From an uncultured Gemmatimonadales bacterium (GTDB lineage Bacteria; Gemmatimonadota; Gemmatimonadetes; Gemmatimonadales; GWC2-71-9): 64,000 nt of DNA. Within the stretch, counting starts at the first letter, position 1. Every line of letters starts with the position of its first letter. Below are positions 40,390 to 49,573 of this stretch, piece after piece. The stretch is from NCBI GenBank assembly GCA_963836815.1, contig CAWILD010000012.1:473812-537811 (forward strand). The letters are read 5' to 3'. Made by a program: the position numbers and the translations under genes. The notes below the pieces were generated by a model, which had not been told where the DNA came from, ran no database searches, and saw only the letters and a list, made by a program, of their open reading frames with translations.

Positions 40390-42255
40390 TTAGACTGCGG
40401 TTTGCCTCCGCTTGAGAACCTCCATGACCAAGCTTTGTAGGTCACTCGGCGAGACCCCGGGGATCCTGCTGGCCTGGCCCAGCGAGGCCGGGCGGGCTAG
40501 CTGGAGCTTCTCGCGAGCTTCGAACGAGACCGTAAGGAGGCTGGAGTAGTTCAGTGTCGCGGGAAGGATGAAATCCTCCATCTGCGAGAGCTTGACCGCC
40601 GCGTCGCGCTCCCGATCGATGTAGCCGGCGTACTTCAACTCGATCTCCGCCCACTCACAGCAGTCGCGCTCGACCTCTACACCTTTCGCGGCAAGCAGGT
40701 CGTGAACCGACAGGCCCTGCCGCCGAGCGAGGTCCCGCATGCGGGCCGGCCCCGTCAATTGAGGCGACTCGGCGTCGCTCAGTAGTCCTGCCGCTTCGCC
40801 CGGCGCGATTGTCATCTCCTCCAACATGTCCCGCACCACCTGCTCGCTGCGCAAACGACTCTCAGCCGTGCTCCGCTCGTCGTCGCTCAGCAACCCGAGC
40901 CGTTCCACCAACGGCAGCAGCCGTCGTAGCGCGTTGTCCTGGCGGAGAAGAAGCCGGTACTCGGAGCGGGAAGTGAACAGCCGATAGGGCTCGTCCACTC
41001 CGCGAGTGACCAGATCGTCTATCAGCACGCCGATGAAAGCCTCGTCCCGGCGGAGCACGACCATCTCCTTGTCCAGCGCGCGCGCCGCAGCGTTGAGCCC
41101 GGCGAGAGCGCCCTGCCCCGCCGCCTCCTCGTATCCCGTCGTTCCATTCACCTGGCCGGCGAAGAACAGACCCGGAAGTGCCCGCGACTCCAAAGTCCGG
41201 TGGAGCTGGGTGGGCGGGAAGTAGTCGTACTCGATCGCGTACCCTGGCCGAGTCATCCGCACCCGCTCGAGCCCGGGGACGGACTGCAGGAATTCGAGCT
41301 GCACGGCAGGCGGAAGGGACGTGGATAGACCGTTCACGTACATCTCGGTCGTATCCAGTCCCTCCGGTTCGAGGAAGACCTGGTGGCGTGGGGCCGCGGG
41401 AAACTTGACGATCTTGTCTTCGATCGAGGGGCAGTACCTCGGACCTCGACCACTGATTGCTCCGCCATACAATGCCGACTGACGGAGGTGGCGCTGGATG
41501 ATTTCCTGCAGCCGCCCGTCGGTCCAGGTGAGGAAGCACGGCAGCTGCGCTGGGTGCCTGGCCCTGTCGTAAAAGGAAAACCAGTACGGGCTGGCATCGC
41601 CATCCTGTCGGTCCAGCCGATCGAGGTCAACCGAGCGACCGTCGATGCGTGGAGGCGTGCCAGTCTTGAATCGTTTAGTAGTAATGCCAATACTGTCAAA
41701 GACTTCCGCCAACTCAACAGACGGGGCTTCGCCCGCCCGGCCGGCGGGCACCTGCGTGTCCAGACCCAAATGAATCCGTCCCCTGAGGAACGTCCCTGCG
41801 GTCACGACGATGGAACGACCTGAATAGCATCTTCCATCCACTGTCACGACACCACTGGGACCAGCTTCCCCAAAAAGGAGCCCAGCCACCGTTCCCTGGG
41901 CGAATTCGAGTCGGGGAAGCCGCTCCAACAGCGCTCGAACTGCCCGCCGGTATAGCCCCCGGTCGCACTGCGCGCGCGGCGACCAGACCGCCGGCCCCTT
42001 GGAGCGATTCAGCATCCGGAACTGAATCCGGGCCAGGTCCGTCGCCCGTCCCATGATGCCGCCGAGCGCATCCACCTCTCGAACGACTGTGCCCTTGGCG
42101 ATCCCGCCGATCGCCGGATTGCATGACATCTGGCCGATCGTCTCGAGATTCTGGGTGAGCAACAGCGTGCGCGCGCCGAACCGCGCGGCCAATGCGGCCG
42201 CCTCGGTGCCCGCGTGGCCTCCCCCGATCACGATGACGTCGTAGCGGTCACTCAT
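40390..42255 (-). CDS. mnmG: tRNA uridine-5-carboxymethylaminomethyl synthesis enzyme MnmG (GidA)
   Basis: ORF 40390..42360(-), start ATG 42255 (MSDRYDVIVIGGGHAGTEAA). Conserved SCNPAIGG, FKTGTPPR and GQ.NGTTGYEEAA blocks. Confidence 0.95.
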   Translation of the reverse strand: MSDRYDVIVIGGGHAGTEAAALAARFGARTLLLTQNLETIGQMSCNPAIGGIAKGTVVREVDALGGIMGRATDLARIQFRMLNRSKGPAVWSPRAQCDRGLYRRAVRALLERLPRLEFAQGTVAGLLFGEAGPSGVVTVDGRCYSGRSIVVTAGTFLRGRIHLGLDTQVPAGRAGEAPSVELAEVFDSIGITTKRFKTGTPPRIDGRSVDLDRLDRQDGDASPYWFSFYDRARHPAQLPCFLTWTDGRLQEIIQRHLRQSALYGGAISGRGPRYCPSIEDKIVKFPAAPRHQVFLEPEGLDTTEMYVNGLSTSLPPAVQLEFLQSVPGLERVRMTRPGYAIEYDYFPPTQLHRTLESRALPGLFFAGQVNGTTGYEEAAGQGALAGLNAAARALDKEMVVLRRDEAFIGVLIDDLVTRGVDEPYRLFTSRSEYRLLLRQDNALRRLLPLVERLGLLSDDERSTAESRLRSEQVVRDMLEEMTIAPGEAAGLLSDAESPQLTGPARMRDLARRQGLSVHDLLAAKGVEVERDCCEWAEIELKYAGYIDRERDAAVKLSQMEDFILPATLNYSSLLTVSFEAREKLQLARPASLGQASRIPGVSPSDLQSLVMEVLKRRQTAV

Positions 42256-42358
42256 GGCGGTGAATCTACCGGCGAAGTCCGGCTCCGGGTATGCGCGCCC
42301 CTCTGGCGAGCGGATGAACCGATTCCTATCTTGGCCGCGACCCCTGCGGCCATACCGC

Positions 42359-42577
42359 ATGCCCTATCAGATCAGGATCAATCGTTCCTTGTGCTCGGGC
42401 TACGCCGAGTGCGTCGGGATCGCGCCTGAGGTCTTCATGTTGGGGGATGACAAGGTCTCCCTCGTCCTTGACGCCGAAGCCGCAGACGACGAAACGGTCC
42501 TCGATGCCGCGCGAGCCTGCCCGGTTGATGCCATCACACTGGTCGACCAGTATCACGATCAGGTCTGGCCCGCCTGA
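42359..42577 (+). CDS. small single-cluster ferredoxin
   Basis: Tail of ORF 42254..42577 from ATG 42359. MPYQIRINRSLCSGYAECVGIAPEVF...ARACPVDAIT carries the CxxxxxC...CP ligand pattern. Confidence 0.75.
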   Translation: MPYQIRINRSLCSGYAECVGIAPEVFMLGDDKVSLVLDAEAADDETVLDAARACPVDAITLVDQYHDQVWPA

Positions 42578-42582
42578 AAAGA

Positions 42583-42608
42583 AAAACGCCGCCCGAGGGC
42601 GGCGTTTT
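42583..42608. terminator. bidirectional rho-independent terminator
   Basis: AAAACGCCGCC-CGAG-GGCGGCGTTTT with an A-run upstream and a T-run downstream. It sits between the convergent ferredoxin (+) and 42630..42908 (-) genes. Confidence 0.7.
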
Positions 42609-42629
42609 CATTCCGTGGTTCCTGCAGGT

Positions 42630-42908
42630 TCAGGCCGTGAAGTCACCCAGCTTCGTGATTCGCGCGACCGCGTCTTTCGGCACGACTAGTTGCTTCCGAT
42701 CCGTTCGAATCCCGAACTTCATGCTCCGCCGGATGTACTCCTCCTTCGTCAGCCCGGCCCCAGCGTCGTAGATCCCGACGTCGAGCATACGGACCCCGTC
42801 GTCATCTTCGGAATCGAACCGGCCCACGAAGATCTCCGGGCCATGCGTCTCCAGCACGACCGTGACCCCATGCAGCTCGTGATGGCCGGGATGGAAGACG
42901 TGGCTCAC
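42630..42908 (-). CDS. hypothetical small protein with His-rich N-terminus
   Basis: 92-aa ORF beginning MSHVFHPGHHELHG. Its start overlaps the bacilliredoxin stop (ATGA). High GC3. No family recognised. Confidence 0.55.
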   Translation of the reverse strand: MSHVFHPGHHELHGVTVVLETHGPEIFVGRFDSEDDDGVRMLDVGIYDAGAGLTKEEYIRRSMKFGIRTDRKQLVVPKDAVARITKLGDFTA

Positions 42909-43333
42909 ACCGCCGCTCCAAAGTGGCGGTCGAACGCCGCCGTGAGGTCGGACGCGATCGTCTGGGGCGAGCGGCCTTCGATCTGGTGCCGGTGGACGAA
43001 GTGCACCACCTCGCCATCGCGCAGCAGGGCGATGGACGGACTGCTGGGCTGGTAGTCGGAGAAGTACTGCCGGGCCCGCGACGTGGCCTCGAGGTCCTGG
43101 CCCGCGAAGACCGTCACCAACTCCTGTGGCTTGACCCCATGCTGCAGGGCCAGGCGGAGAGCCGGCCTCGCATTTCCAGCCGCGCAGCCGCAGACCGAGT
43201 TCACGAACACGAGCATCGAGCCTCTCTGATCGCCCAGCGTGGCATCCACGTCGGCCGCGGTCGTGAGCTCCCGGACACCCATGCGAGTCATCTCTTCGCG
43301 CATCGGAGCGACGAGAGAGGGATTGTAGGGCAT
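42905..43333 (-). CDS. bacilliredoxin (BrxA/BrxB, DUF1094 family)
   Basis: 142-aa ORF. VFVNSVCGCAAGNARPA (CGC active site), VTVFAGQD and PSSPSIALL..GEVVHF..RH.IEG align with B. subtilis YphP/YqiW as I remember them. Confidence 0.85.
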   Translation of the reverse strand: MPYNPSLVAPMREEMTRMGVRELTTAADVDATLGDQRGSMLVFVNSVCGCAAGNARPALRLALQHGVKPQELVTVFAGQDLEATSRARQYFSDYQPSSPSIALLRDGEVVHFVHRHQIEGRSPQTIASDLTAAFDRHFGAAV

Positions 43334-43361
43334 GTGAACAGAACTCCTCTAGGCTTGAACG

Positions 43362-43799
43362 TTATTGGCTGGCCGGCGTGGCCATCGCTTCCTTCATTGC
43401 GTGCCACGACAGCGTGGCGCATTTCACCCGGATCGGAAAGGCCGATACACCGGAGAACACCGCGAGCTTGCCCAAGGTTTCCGTCGCGTCGGTCGGCGGA
43501 CGTCCGGTGACCAGTCCGTGGAACCGATCGAAGAGGCGCAGCGCCTCTTCCCGGCTCTTCCCCTTGATGGCGGCCGTCATGAGCGACGCCGAGGCCTTGG
43601 AGATGGCGCATCCGGAGCCCTGGAAGGAGGCGTCCTGGATGATGCCGTCCTGAATCTTGAGCCAGACCGCAATCTGGTCGCCACAGAGCGGGTTGTTACC
43701 TTCGCCCCGGCCGCTCGCGTCTTCCATGACCCGATAGTTTCGCGGCGAACGGTTGTGCTCCAGGATGACGTTCTGGTAGAGCTCGTCCATGGTGGCCAT
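43362..43799 (-). CDS. sufU: SUF-system Fe-S scaffold SufU
   Basis: Tail of ORF 43362..44372(-) from ATG 43799. HNRSPRN, NPLCGD, GSGCAIS and VKCATL motifs. Confidence 0.9.
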   Translation of the reverse strand: MATMDELYQNVILEHNRSPRNYRVMEDASGRGEGNNPLCGDQIAVWLKIQDGIIQDASFQGSGCAISKASASLMTAAIKGKSREEALRLFDRFHGLVTGRPPTDATETLGKLAVFSGVSAFPIRVKCATLSWHAMKEAMATPASQ

Positions 43800-45070
43800 C
43801 AGCCGAACACCTTCCGCACCCGCTCCAAGCCGCTGACCAGCTGATCCACGTCGTCCATCGTGTTGTAGAGGGCGAACGAGGCGCGAACCGTGGCCGGGAC
43901 TTTGAACCGGTCCATCAACGGCTGGGCGCAGTGATGACCCGCGCGAACCGCGATGCCTTCGTCGTCGAGCACCGCGCTCACGTCGTGCGGGTGTACGCCA
44001 TCCACCACCAAGGAGAGCACACCAGTCTTCTCCGGCGTGGTGCCGATGATCCGTATCCAGGGGAGCCGGGAGAGATTCTCGGTCGCGTAGGCCAGCAGCT
44101 CGGATTCCCAGGCGCCCACCTCCTCGAGGCCGGCCGCCTGCAGGTACTCCAGCGCTACGCCGAGACCGACGGCTTCGGCGATCGCCGGCGTGCCGGCTTC
44201 GAACCGGGCCGGAGGTGGCGCGAACGAGGACCGCTCGAGACTCACCGAGGCAATCATGCTGCCTCCGCCTTGCCATGGAGGCATCTGCCCGAGCAGATCC
44301 CGCCGTCCGTAGAGCACCCCGATCCCCGTGGGACCGAGCACCTTGTGGCCCGAAAAGGCAAAGAAGTCGCAACCCAGGGACTGGACGTCCACCGGGAGAT
44401 GAGGCACCGCCTGTGCCCCATCGACTACGGTGACCGCCCCGACCGCACGGGCTCGTGCGACAAGCTGCGCAACGGGGTTGATCGTGCCCAACACGTTCGA
44501 GACGTGAGCGAAGGCGAACAGGCGTGTGCGGGGGCCGAGCAATCGCTCGAGGCCGTCGAGGTCGAGTGCGCCCGCGTCCGTCACCGGTACGGCGCGAAGC
44601 GTCGCCCCCGTCGCTTCGCAGAGGAGCTGCCAGGGAACGATGTTGGAGTGGTGCTCCATTCCGGTGATGAGGACTTCATCGCCCGGTCCCACGTTGCTCC
44701 GGCCCCAGGCCTGCGCGACCAGGTTGAGCGACTCGGTGGTGCCGCGGGTAAACACGATCTCGTCCGCGCCCGAGGCGCCGAGAAAGCGGGCGACCTTCTC
44801 TCTCGCGCCCTCGTAGGCCAGGGTGGCGCGCTCCCCGAGGTAGTGCACGCCGCGGTGGATGTTGGCGTTGCTCGAAGCGTAGAAGTCCGAGACCGCTTCT
44901 ATCACCTGGCGGGGCTTCTGGCTGGTGGCGGCACTGTCGAGGTAGACGAGCGGCTTTCCACGGACCTTCGTGGCGAGGATGGGAAAATCGGACCGCAGGC
45001 CGGACAGCGGGGTCGTCTGTTCCGCAGACAGCACCGGCTCGCTGCCCCGCCGACCCGCGGCCGTCTTCAT
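43799..45070 (-). CDS. sufS: cysteine desulfurase SufS
   Basis: In ORF 43799..45259(-), ATG 45070 overlaps the sufD stop (ATGA). LDSAATSQKP, FSGHK (PLP Lys) and RAGHHCAQP (active Cys). Confidence 0.9.
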   Translation of the reverse strand: MKTAAGRRGSEPVLSAEQTTPLSGLRSDFPILATKVRGKPLVYLDSAATSQKPRQVIEAVSDFYASSNANIHRGVHYLGERATLAYEGAREKVARFLGASGADEIVFTRGTTESLNLVAQAWGRSNVGPGDEVLITGMEHHSNIVPWQLLCEATGATLRAVPVTDAGALDLDGLERLLGPRTRLFAFAHVSNVLGTINPVAQLVARARAVGAVTVVDGAQAVPHLPVDVQSLGCDFFAFSGHKVLGPTGIGVLYGRRDLLGQMPPWQGGGSMIASVSLERSSFAPPPARFEAGTPAIAEAVGLGVALEYLQAAGLEEVGAWESELLAYATENLSRLPWIRIIGTTPEKTGVLSLVVDGVHPHDVSAVLDDEGIAVRAGHHCAQPLMDRFKVPATVRASFALYNTMDDVDQLVSGLERVRKVFG

Positions 45071-46368
45071 CCCGCCAGGCGCTCTCGGACTAGGCGCTCG
45101 AGCTCCAGCCGGACCGGCTCCAGCGCGACCTCTTCGATCACTTCGGCGGCGAACGCGTAGGTGAGAAGCCGCTCCGCGGCGACAGCAGGCACGCCGCGGC
45201 TCCGGATGTAGAACAGCGCGACGTCGTCCAGCCGGCCGACCGTGGCACCGTGGGTGCACTTGACGTCGTCGGCGAAGATCTCCAACTGCGGCTTGGTGTC
45301 CACTCGGGCGCCGTCGCTCAGAAGCAGGTTGCGGTTGGTCTGCTTGGCATCGGTCTTCTGGGCTTCGGGCCTCACGAACACCTTCCCGTTGAACACCGCT
45401 CGCGAGCGGTCCTCCAGGACTCCCTTGTAGACCTCCCAGCTCCTGCAGTTGGGCTGGTCGTGGTAGATGGCCGTGTGGTTGTCCGCCAGCTGTTCGCCCT
45501 GCGTGAGATAGAGACCGTACATCAGGGTCTCGATGTTCTCCGCGTTCAACCGGACGTGAAGGTTGTGCCGCGAGAGTGCCGCACCCATCGCCATGGTGAA
45601 GGAGCGGTAATGGCTGTCACGATGCTGGTCCACATGGGTGAGGCCCACATGGTGCGCCCGCTCACTCTCTCGCTGGATCCGGGTGTGCTCCAGCCAGGAC
45701 CCCTCGCCCGCGAACACTTCGGTCACCGGGTTGGTCCAATAAACCTCGTCGGGAGCGAGGGTGACGTAGCTCTCGATCACCGAGGCCCGGGCGCCCCGCT
45801 CGATCACGACGAGGTTGCGAGGGTGGGCCACCGCCCCGGTCGCGTCCGCCGTCGTCACGTAGATGAGGTGCACCGGATGCGGCAGCTCGACGCCGGCGGG
45901 CACATGCACCAGCCCACCATCGCGGAAGGAGGCGGTGTTCAGGGCCGTGAACGGGCTCCCGTCCGCGGGTGCGTGACGGCCGAGATGCGTCTCGAGCAGC
46001 GCGCCGTCGGCCTGGAGTGCCTCGGCGACGCTGGCGAGGCGCACGCCCCGGGGGAGCGTCCCCACCGAGCTGAGCGCCTCGCTGAACCAGCCGTTCACGA
46101 AGACGAGCGTGCTCCACTCGGGGTGTCCGAACGCGAACGGCGACAGCCGTTCGCGAGTGACCTCGCCGCCGGGCAGCGCGGGGCGCCAGGAGGCCTGCGT
46201 GATCGGCGAGACCGGCGTAAAGCGCCATTCCTCGTGCCGGCTGGTAGGGAAGCCCGTGGCGGCGAAGCTCTCGGCCGCCGCGCGGCGGATGGGCTCCAGC
46301 CACTCGGGACCCTCCGCGATGCCGGCTCCCGCCGGGGTCACGTCGTTCGGCAGATACGGCTCACTCAC
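45067..46368 (-). CDS. sufD: Fe-S cluster assembly protein SufD
   Basis: In ORF 45067..47190(-), GTG 46368 overlaps the sufC stop (GTGA). C-terminal block KPQLEIFADDVKCTHGATVG. Confidence 0.9.
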   Translation of the reverse strand: MSEPYLPNDVTPAGAGIAEGPEWLEPIRRAAAESFAATGFPTSRHEEWRFTPVSPITQASWRPALPGGEVTRERLSPFAFGHPEWSTLVFVNGWFSEALSSVGTLPRGVRLASVAEALQADGALLETHLGRHAPADGSPFTALNTASFRDGGLVHVPAGVELPHPVHLIYVTTADATGAVAHPRNLVVIERGARASVIESYVTLAPDEVYWTNPVTEVFAGEGSWLEHTRIQRESERAHHVGLTHVDQHRDSHYRSFTMAMGAALSRHNLHVRLNAENIETLMYGLYLTQGEQLADNHTAIYHDQPNCRSWEVYKGVLEDRSRAVFNGKVFVRPEAQKTDAKQTNRNLLLSDGARVDTKPQLEIFADDVKCTHGATVGRLDDVALFYIRSRGVPAVAAERLLTYAFAAEVIEEVALEPVRLELERLVRERLAG

Positions 46369-47135
46369 GCCAGCGCCTCCGCGGCCGAGTCCACCCACTC
46401 GTAGCCCTTGGCCTCGAGCTCCAGCGCGAGGTCCTTGCCGCCCGACATCACGATGCGGCCGTTGGAGAGGACATGCACGTAGTCCGGGACGATATAGTTG
46501 AGCAGGCGCTGGTAGTGAGTCACGACGACGAACGACCGGTCCTTGGCCCGCAGCTTGTTGACGCCGCTGGCCACGATCCGGAGAGCGTCGATGTCGAGAC
46601 CGGAGTCGGTCTCGTCGAGGATCGCCAGCTTCGGCTCGAGCACCGCGAGCTGGAGGATCTCGTTCCGCTTCTTCTCGCCGCCGGAGAAGCCGGAGTTCAC
46701 GGCCCGGCTCATGATCTCCGGACCCCACTCGACGACGCGCAGCTTCTCCTCGAGCAGGTCGAGGAAGTCCATCGAATCCACTTCCTCGAGCCCGCGAGCC
46801 TTGCGGATCTCGTTGTAGGCCGCCCGCAGGAAGTAGGCGTTCGTGACGCCGGGGATCTCCACCGGGTACTGGAAGGCCAGGAACACCCCGGCCTGGGCCC
46901 GTTCCTCCGGCTCCATGTCCAGCAGATCCTGGCCCATATAGGAGACCGACCCCGCGGTCACCTCGTACGACGGATGGCCGGCCAGCACCTGGGCGAGCGT
47001 GCTCTTGCCCGAGCCGTTGGGCCCCATGATGGCATGCACCTCGCCGGTATTCACCGTGAGGTTGATGCCTTTCAGGATTTCCTTTTCGCCGGCGGCGGCC
47101 CGCAGGCCTTTGATCTCCAGCACTGTTGTCTCCAA
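46365..47135 (-). CDS. sufC: Fe-S cluster assembly ATPase SufC
   Basis: 256-aa ORF. GPNGSGKST, FSGGEKKR, ILDETDSGLD. The true start may be GTG 47123 (VLEIKGL), which lies 6 nt after GGAG. Confidence 0.95.
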   Translation of the reverse strand: METTVLEIKGLRAAAGEKEILKGINLTVNTGEVHAIMGPNGSGKSTLAQVLAGHPSYEVTAGSVSYMGQDLLDMEPEERAQAGVFLAFQYPVEIPGVTNAYFLRAAYNEIRKARGLEEVDSMDFLDLLEEKLRVVEWGPEIMSRAVNSGFSGGEKKRNEILQLAVLEPKLAILDETDSGLDIDALRIVASGVNKLRAKDRSFVVVTHYQRLLNYIVPDYVHVLSNGRIVMSGGKDLALELEAKGYEWVDSAAEALA

Positions 47136-47140
47136 ACTGC

Positions 47141-47204
47141 GTGAAGAGTGAAGCGCGAAGAGTGAAAGGGGGCGGGGTGAGACTCTTCACCCTTCACTCT
47201 TCAC
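47141..47204. repeat. intercistronic extended hairpin between sufB and sufC
   Basis: The outer stem pairs GTGAAGAGTGAAG (47141-47153) with CTTCACTCTTCAC (47192-47204). The inner stem pairs GAAGAGT (47157-63) with ACTCTTC (47182-88). The motif GAAGAGTGAA occurs twice. Confidence 0.7.
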
Positions 47205-47211
47205 GGCTTTC

Positions 47212-48651
47212 CTACCCGACGCTCCCCTCGAGGCTGATGCCGAGCAGCTTCTGCGCCTCCACCGCGAACTCCATCGGAAGCTCCTGGAAGACTTCCTTGC
47301 AGAAGCCGTTGACGATCATCGAGATCGCGTTCTCGGTGTTGAGGCCCCGCTGCTTCAGATAGAAGATCTGATCCTCGCCGATCTTCGAAGTGGACGCCTC
47401 GTGCTCGGTGGAGGCGGTCGGGTTCTGCACCTCGATGTACGGGAAGGTGTGGGCGCCACACTGGTTCCCGATCAGCATCGAGTCGCACTGGGTGTAGTTC
47501 CGCGCTCCAGCCGCCTTCGGCAGGACCTTGACCAGTCCCCGATAGCTGTTCTGTCCGTGGCCCGCACTGATGCCCTTCGAGACGATCGTGCTGCGGGTGT
47601 TCCTGCCCATGTGGATCATCTTGGTCCCGGTGTCGGCCTGCTGACGACCGTTCACCACCGCGACCGAGTAGAACTCACCGACCGAATCGTCCCCCTGGAG
47701 GATCACGCTGGGATACTTCCAGGTGATGGCGGAGCCGGTTTCCACCTGGGTCCACGAGATCTTGGACCGCGGGCCGGCGCACTTCCCGCGCTTCGTGACG
47801 AAGTTGTAGATCCCGCCCCGCCCCTCCTCATCGCCCGCATACCAGTTCTGTACGGTGGAGTACTTGATCGTGGCCCCTTCGAGTGCCACGAGCTCGACCA
47901 CTGCCGCGTGGAGCTGATTCTCGTCCCGCTTCGGTGCCGTACAGCCCTCGAGGTAGCTCACATAGGCTCCCTCGTCGGCGACGATGAGGGTGCGCTCGAA
48001 CTGGCCGGTCTGCGCGGTATTGATCCGGAAGTAGGTGGACAGCTCCATGGGGCAGCGGACGCCCTTCGGGACGTAGACGAAGGACCCGTCGCTGAAGACC
48101 GCCGCGTTGAGCGCGGCGAAGAAGTTGTCGCTGGCAGGGACGACCGAGCCGAGGTACTTCCTGACGAGCTCGGGATGCTCCTGCACCGCCTCGCCGAACG
48201 AGCAGAAGATGATCCCCTGCTCGGCGAGCTTGGCCTTGTACGTGGTGCCGACCGAGACGCTGTCGAAAATGGCGTCGACGGCGACTCCAGAGAGAATCTT
48301 CTGCTCGGAAAGCGGGATCCCGAGCTTCTGGTAGGTCTCGAGGAGCTTCGGGTCCACCTCATCCAGGCTGCCGAGCGGCTTCTGGGTCTTGGGCGCCGAG
48401 TAATAGCTGATGGACTGGTAGTCCACCGGCGTGTACCGGATGTTGGGCCACTCGTGCGGCTCGGTCATCCTGGTCCAGCCGCGATAGGCCTTGAGCCGCC
48501 ACTCCAGCAGCCACTCCGGCTCGCGCTTCCGGGCGGAGATGAAGCGGATGGTGTCCTCGCTCAGCCCCTTCGGCGCGACGTCGGACTCGATGTCCGTGAC
48601 GAAGCCGTACTTGTATTCCTTGTTGACCAGGGTCTCGATTGAGGAGCTCAT
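47212..48651 (-). CDS. sufB: Fe-S cluster assembly protein SufB
   Basis: Intact 479-aa ORF ([17 protein letters not shown]..). It carries the conserved C-terminal block of SufB. ATGA overlaps the upstream regulator's stop. Confidence 0.95.
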   Translation of the reverse strand: MSSSIETLVNKEYKYGFVTDIESDVAPKGLSEDTIRFISARKREPEWLLEWRLKAYRGWTRMTEPHEWPNIRYTPVDYQSISYYSAPKTQKPLGSLDEVDPKLLETYQKLGIPLSEQKILSGVAVDAIFDSVSVGTTYKAKLAEQGIIFCSFGEAVQEHPELVRKYLGSVVPASDNFFAALNAAVFSDGSFVYVPKGVRCPMELSTYFRINTAQTGQFERTLIVADEGAYVSYLEGCTAPKRDENQLHAAVVELVALEGATIKYSTVQNWYAGDEEGRGGIYNFVTKRGKCAGPRSKISWTQVETGSAITWKYPSVILQGDDSVGEFYSVAVVNGRQQADTGTKMIHMGRNTRSTIVSKGISAGHGQNSYRGLVKVLPKAAGARNYTQCDSMLIGNQCGAHTFPYIEVQNPTASTEHEASTSKIGEDQIFYLKQRGLNTENAISMIVNGFCKEVFQELPMEFAVEAQKLLGISLEGSVG

Positions 48652-49307
48652 GATTCCTTGAACCTCACGTGATAATCGCAGGCGGCACAGCCACTCAGGA
48701 TGTGTCCGCGCCGGTCTACCGTCGCTCCCAGCACCTCGGCGAGGAATCTCGCCTCCGCCGCACAGATCTCCGGAAACCGCTCCGCGACCGCCTGAATCGC
48801 ACAGTTGTGCTCGGTCAGTACCGCAGGCTCACCGGACGTGGCCTCGGCCATGTAGCCCTGCTCGGTCCGAACCCGGGCCACGGCAGCCAGCCGCTCATCG
48901 GGAGAGAGACCTGTCAACTCCGCCTTGAGCCGCTCCGCGAGCTGGCCGAGATGAGTCTCGAGCAGCCCGACCGCCGCGTCGCGCCCTTCGCGCTCCACGA
49001 TCTGATCGAGCAGGGACGTCAGGGTCTCCTGATAGCGCCGGGGAAAAAGCGCTTCCCCTGCCGGACTCAGCCGGTATGAGAACGCCGGGGCGCCGACGCC
49101 GCGATGGGACCGGTCGTAGCGAACCAGGCCCTCGGCTTGCAGCTCCTTCAAATGATGCCGCGCCGCGTTGAGCGAGACGCCGAGCCGGGAAGCCAGTTCC
49201 TTGGCGGTGAGCGGCTGGGATCGCTTGAGCTGGACCAGAACCGCTCCACGCTGGCCCTTGTGACCCAGCGGGAACTCGGAATCCGCAAGCGGAAGAGCGG
49301 CACCCAT
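48648..49307 (-). CDS. winged-HTH transcriptional regulator, SufR-like
   Basis: ORF 48648..49352(-). ATG 49307 is preferred because codons upstream are AT-rich. N-terminal wHTH ([30 protein letters not shown]). C-terminal Cys cluster C..x16..C..x24..CxxC. First gene of the suf operon. Confidence 0.7.
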   Translation of the reverse strand: MGAALPLADSEFPLGHKGQRGAVLVQLKRSQPLTAKELASRLGVSLNAARHHLKELQAEGLVRYDRSHRGVGAPAFSYRLSPAGEALFPRRYQETLTSLLDQIVEREGRDAAVGLLETHLGQLAERLKAELTGLSPDERLAAVARVRTEQGYMAEATSGEPAVLTEHNCAIQAVAERFPEICAAEARFLAEVLGATVDRRGHILSGCAACDYHVRFKES

Positions 49308-49314
49308 GAGGCCA

Positions 49315-49343
49315 ATGGTAAGTGTTTTAGTCGGGATTGTCAA
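49315..49343 (-). promoter_or_regulatory. putative promoter of the suf operon (possibly leaderless transcript)
   Basis: On the minus strand: TTGACA (49343-49338), 17 nt, then TACCAT (49320-49315). The -10 element ends 7 nt before ATG 49307. Confidence 0.3.
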
Positions 49344-49573
49344 ATTGTACAAGATGTTTGGTGCAAATTTCTATCTTATTATCTGACAAGACATTCTGCC
49401 GTCGCTATTTCCCCATGACGCGAGGCAGTCCACGGCCTGACAGCCGTGATGCGGTAGGGGGATGACTAAATTACTGTTGGTAGTAGCTTACTATACTACT
49501 TCTGGGTGGCGCTGGCTGACTCCGCAAACATTTCTCATATTGTGTCGCCCAACCACCCACGCGAGGCCGTGCC

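Noticed and set aside
42712-42722. tRNA T-arm-like strings (GTTCGAATCCC here, GGGTTCGATACC at about 49905).
   Set aside because: Both lie inside well-supported coding frames (the 92-aa protein and def). No acceptor or anticodon stems can be drawn around them.
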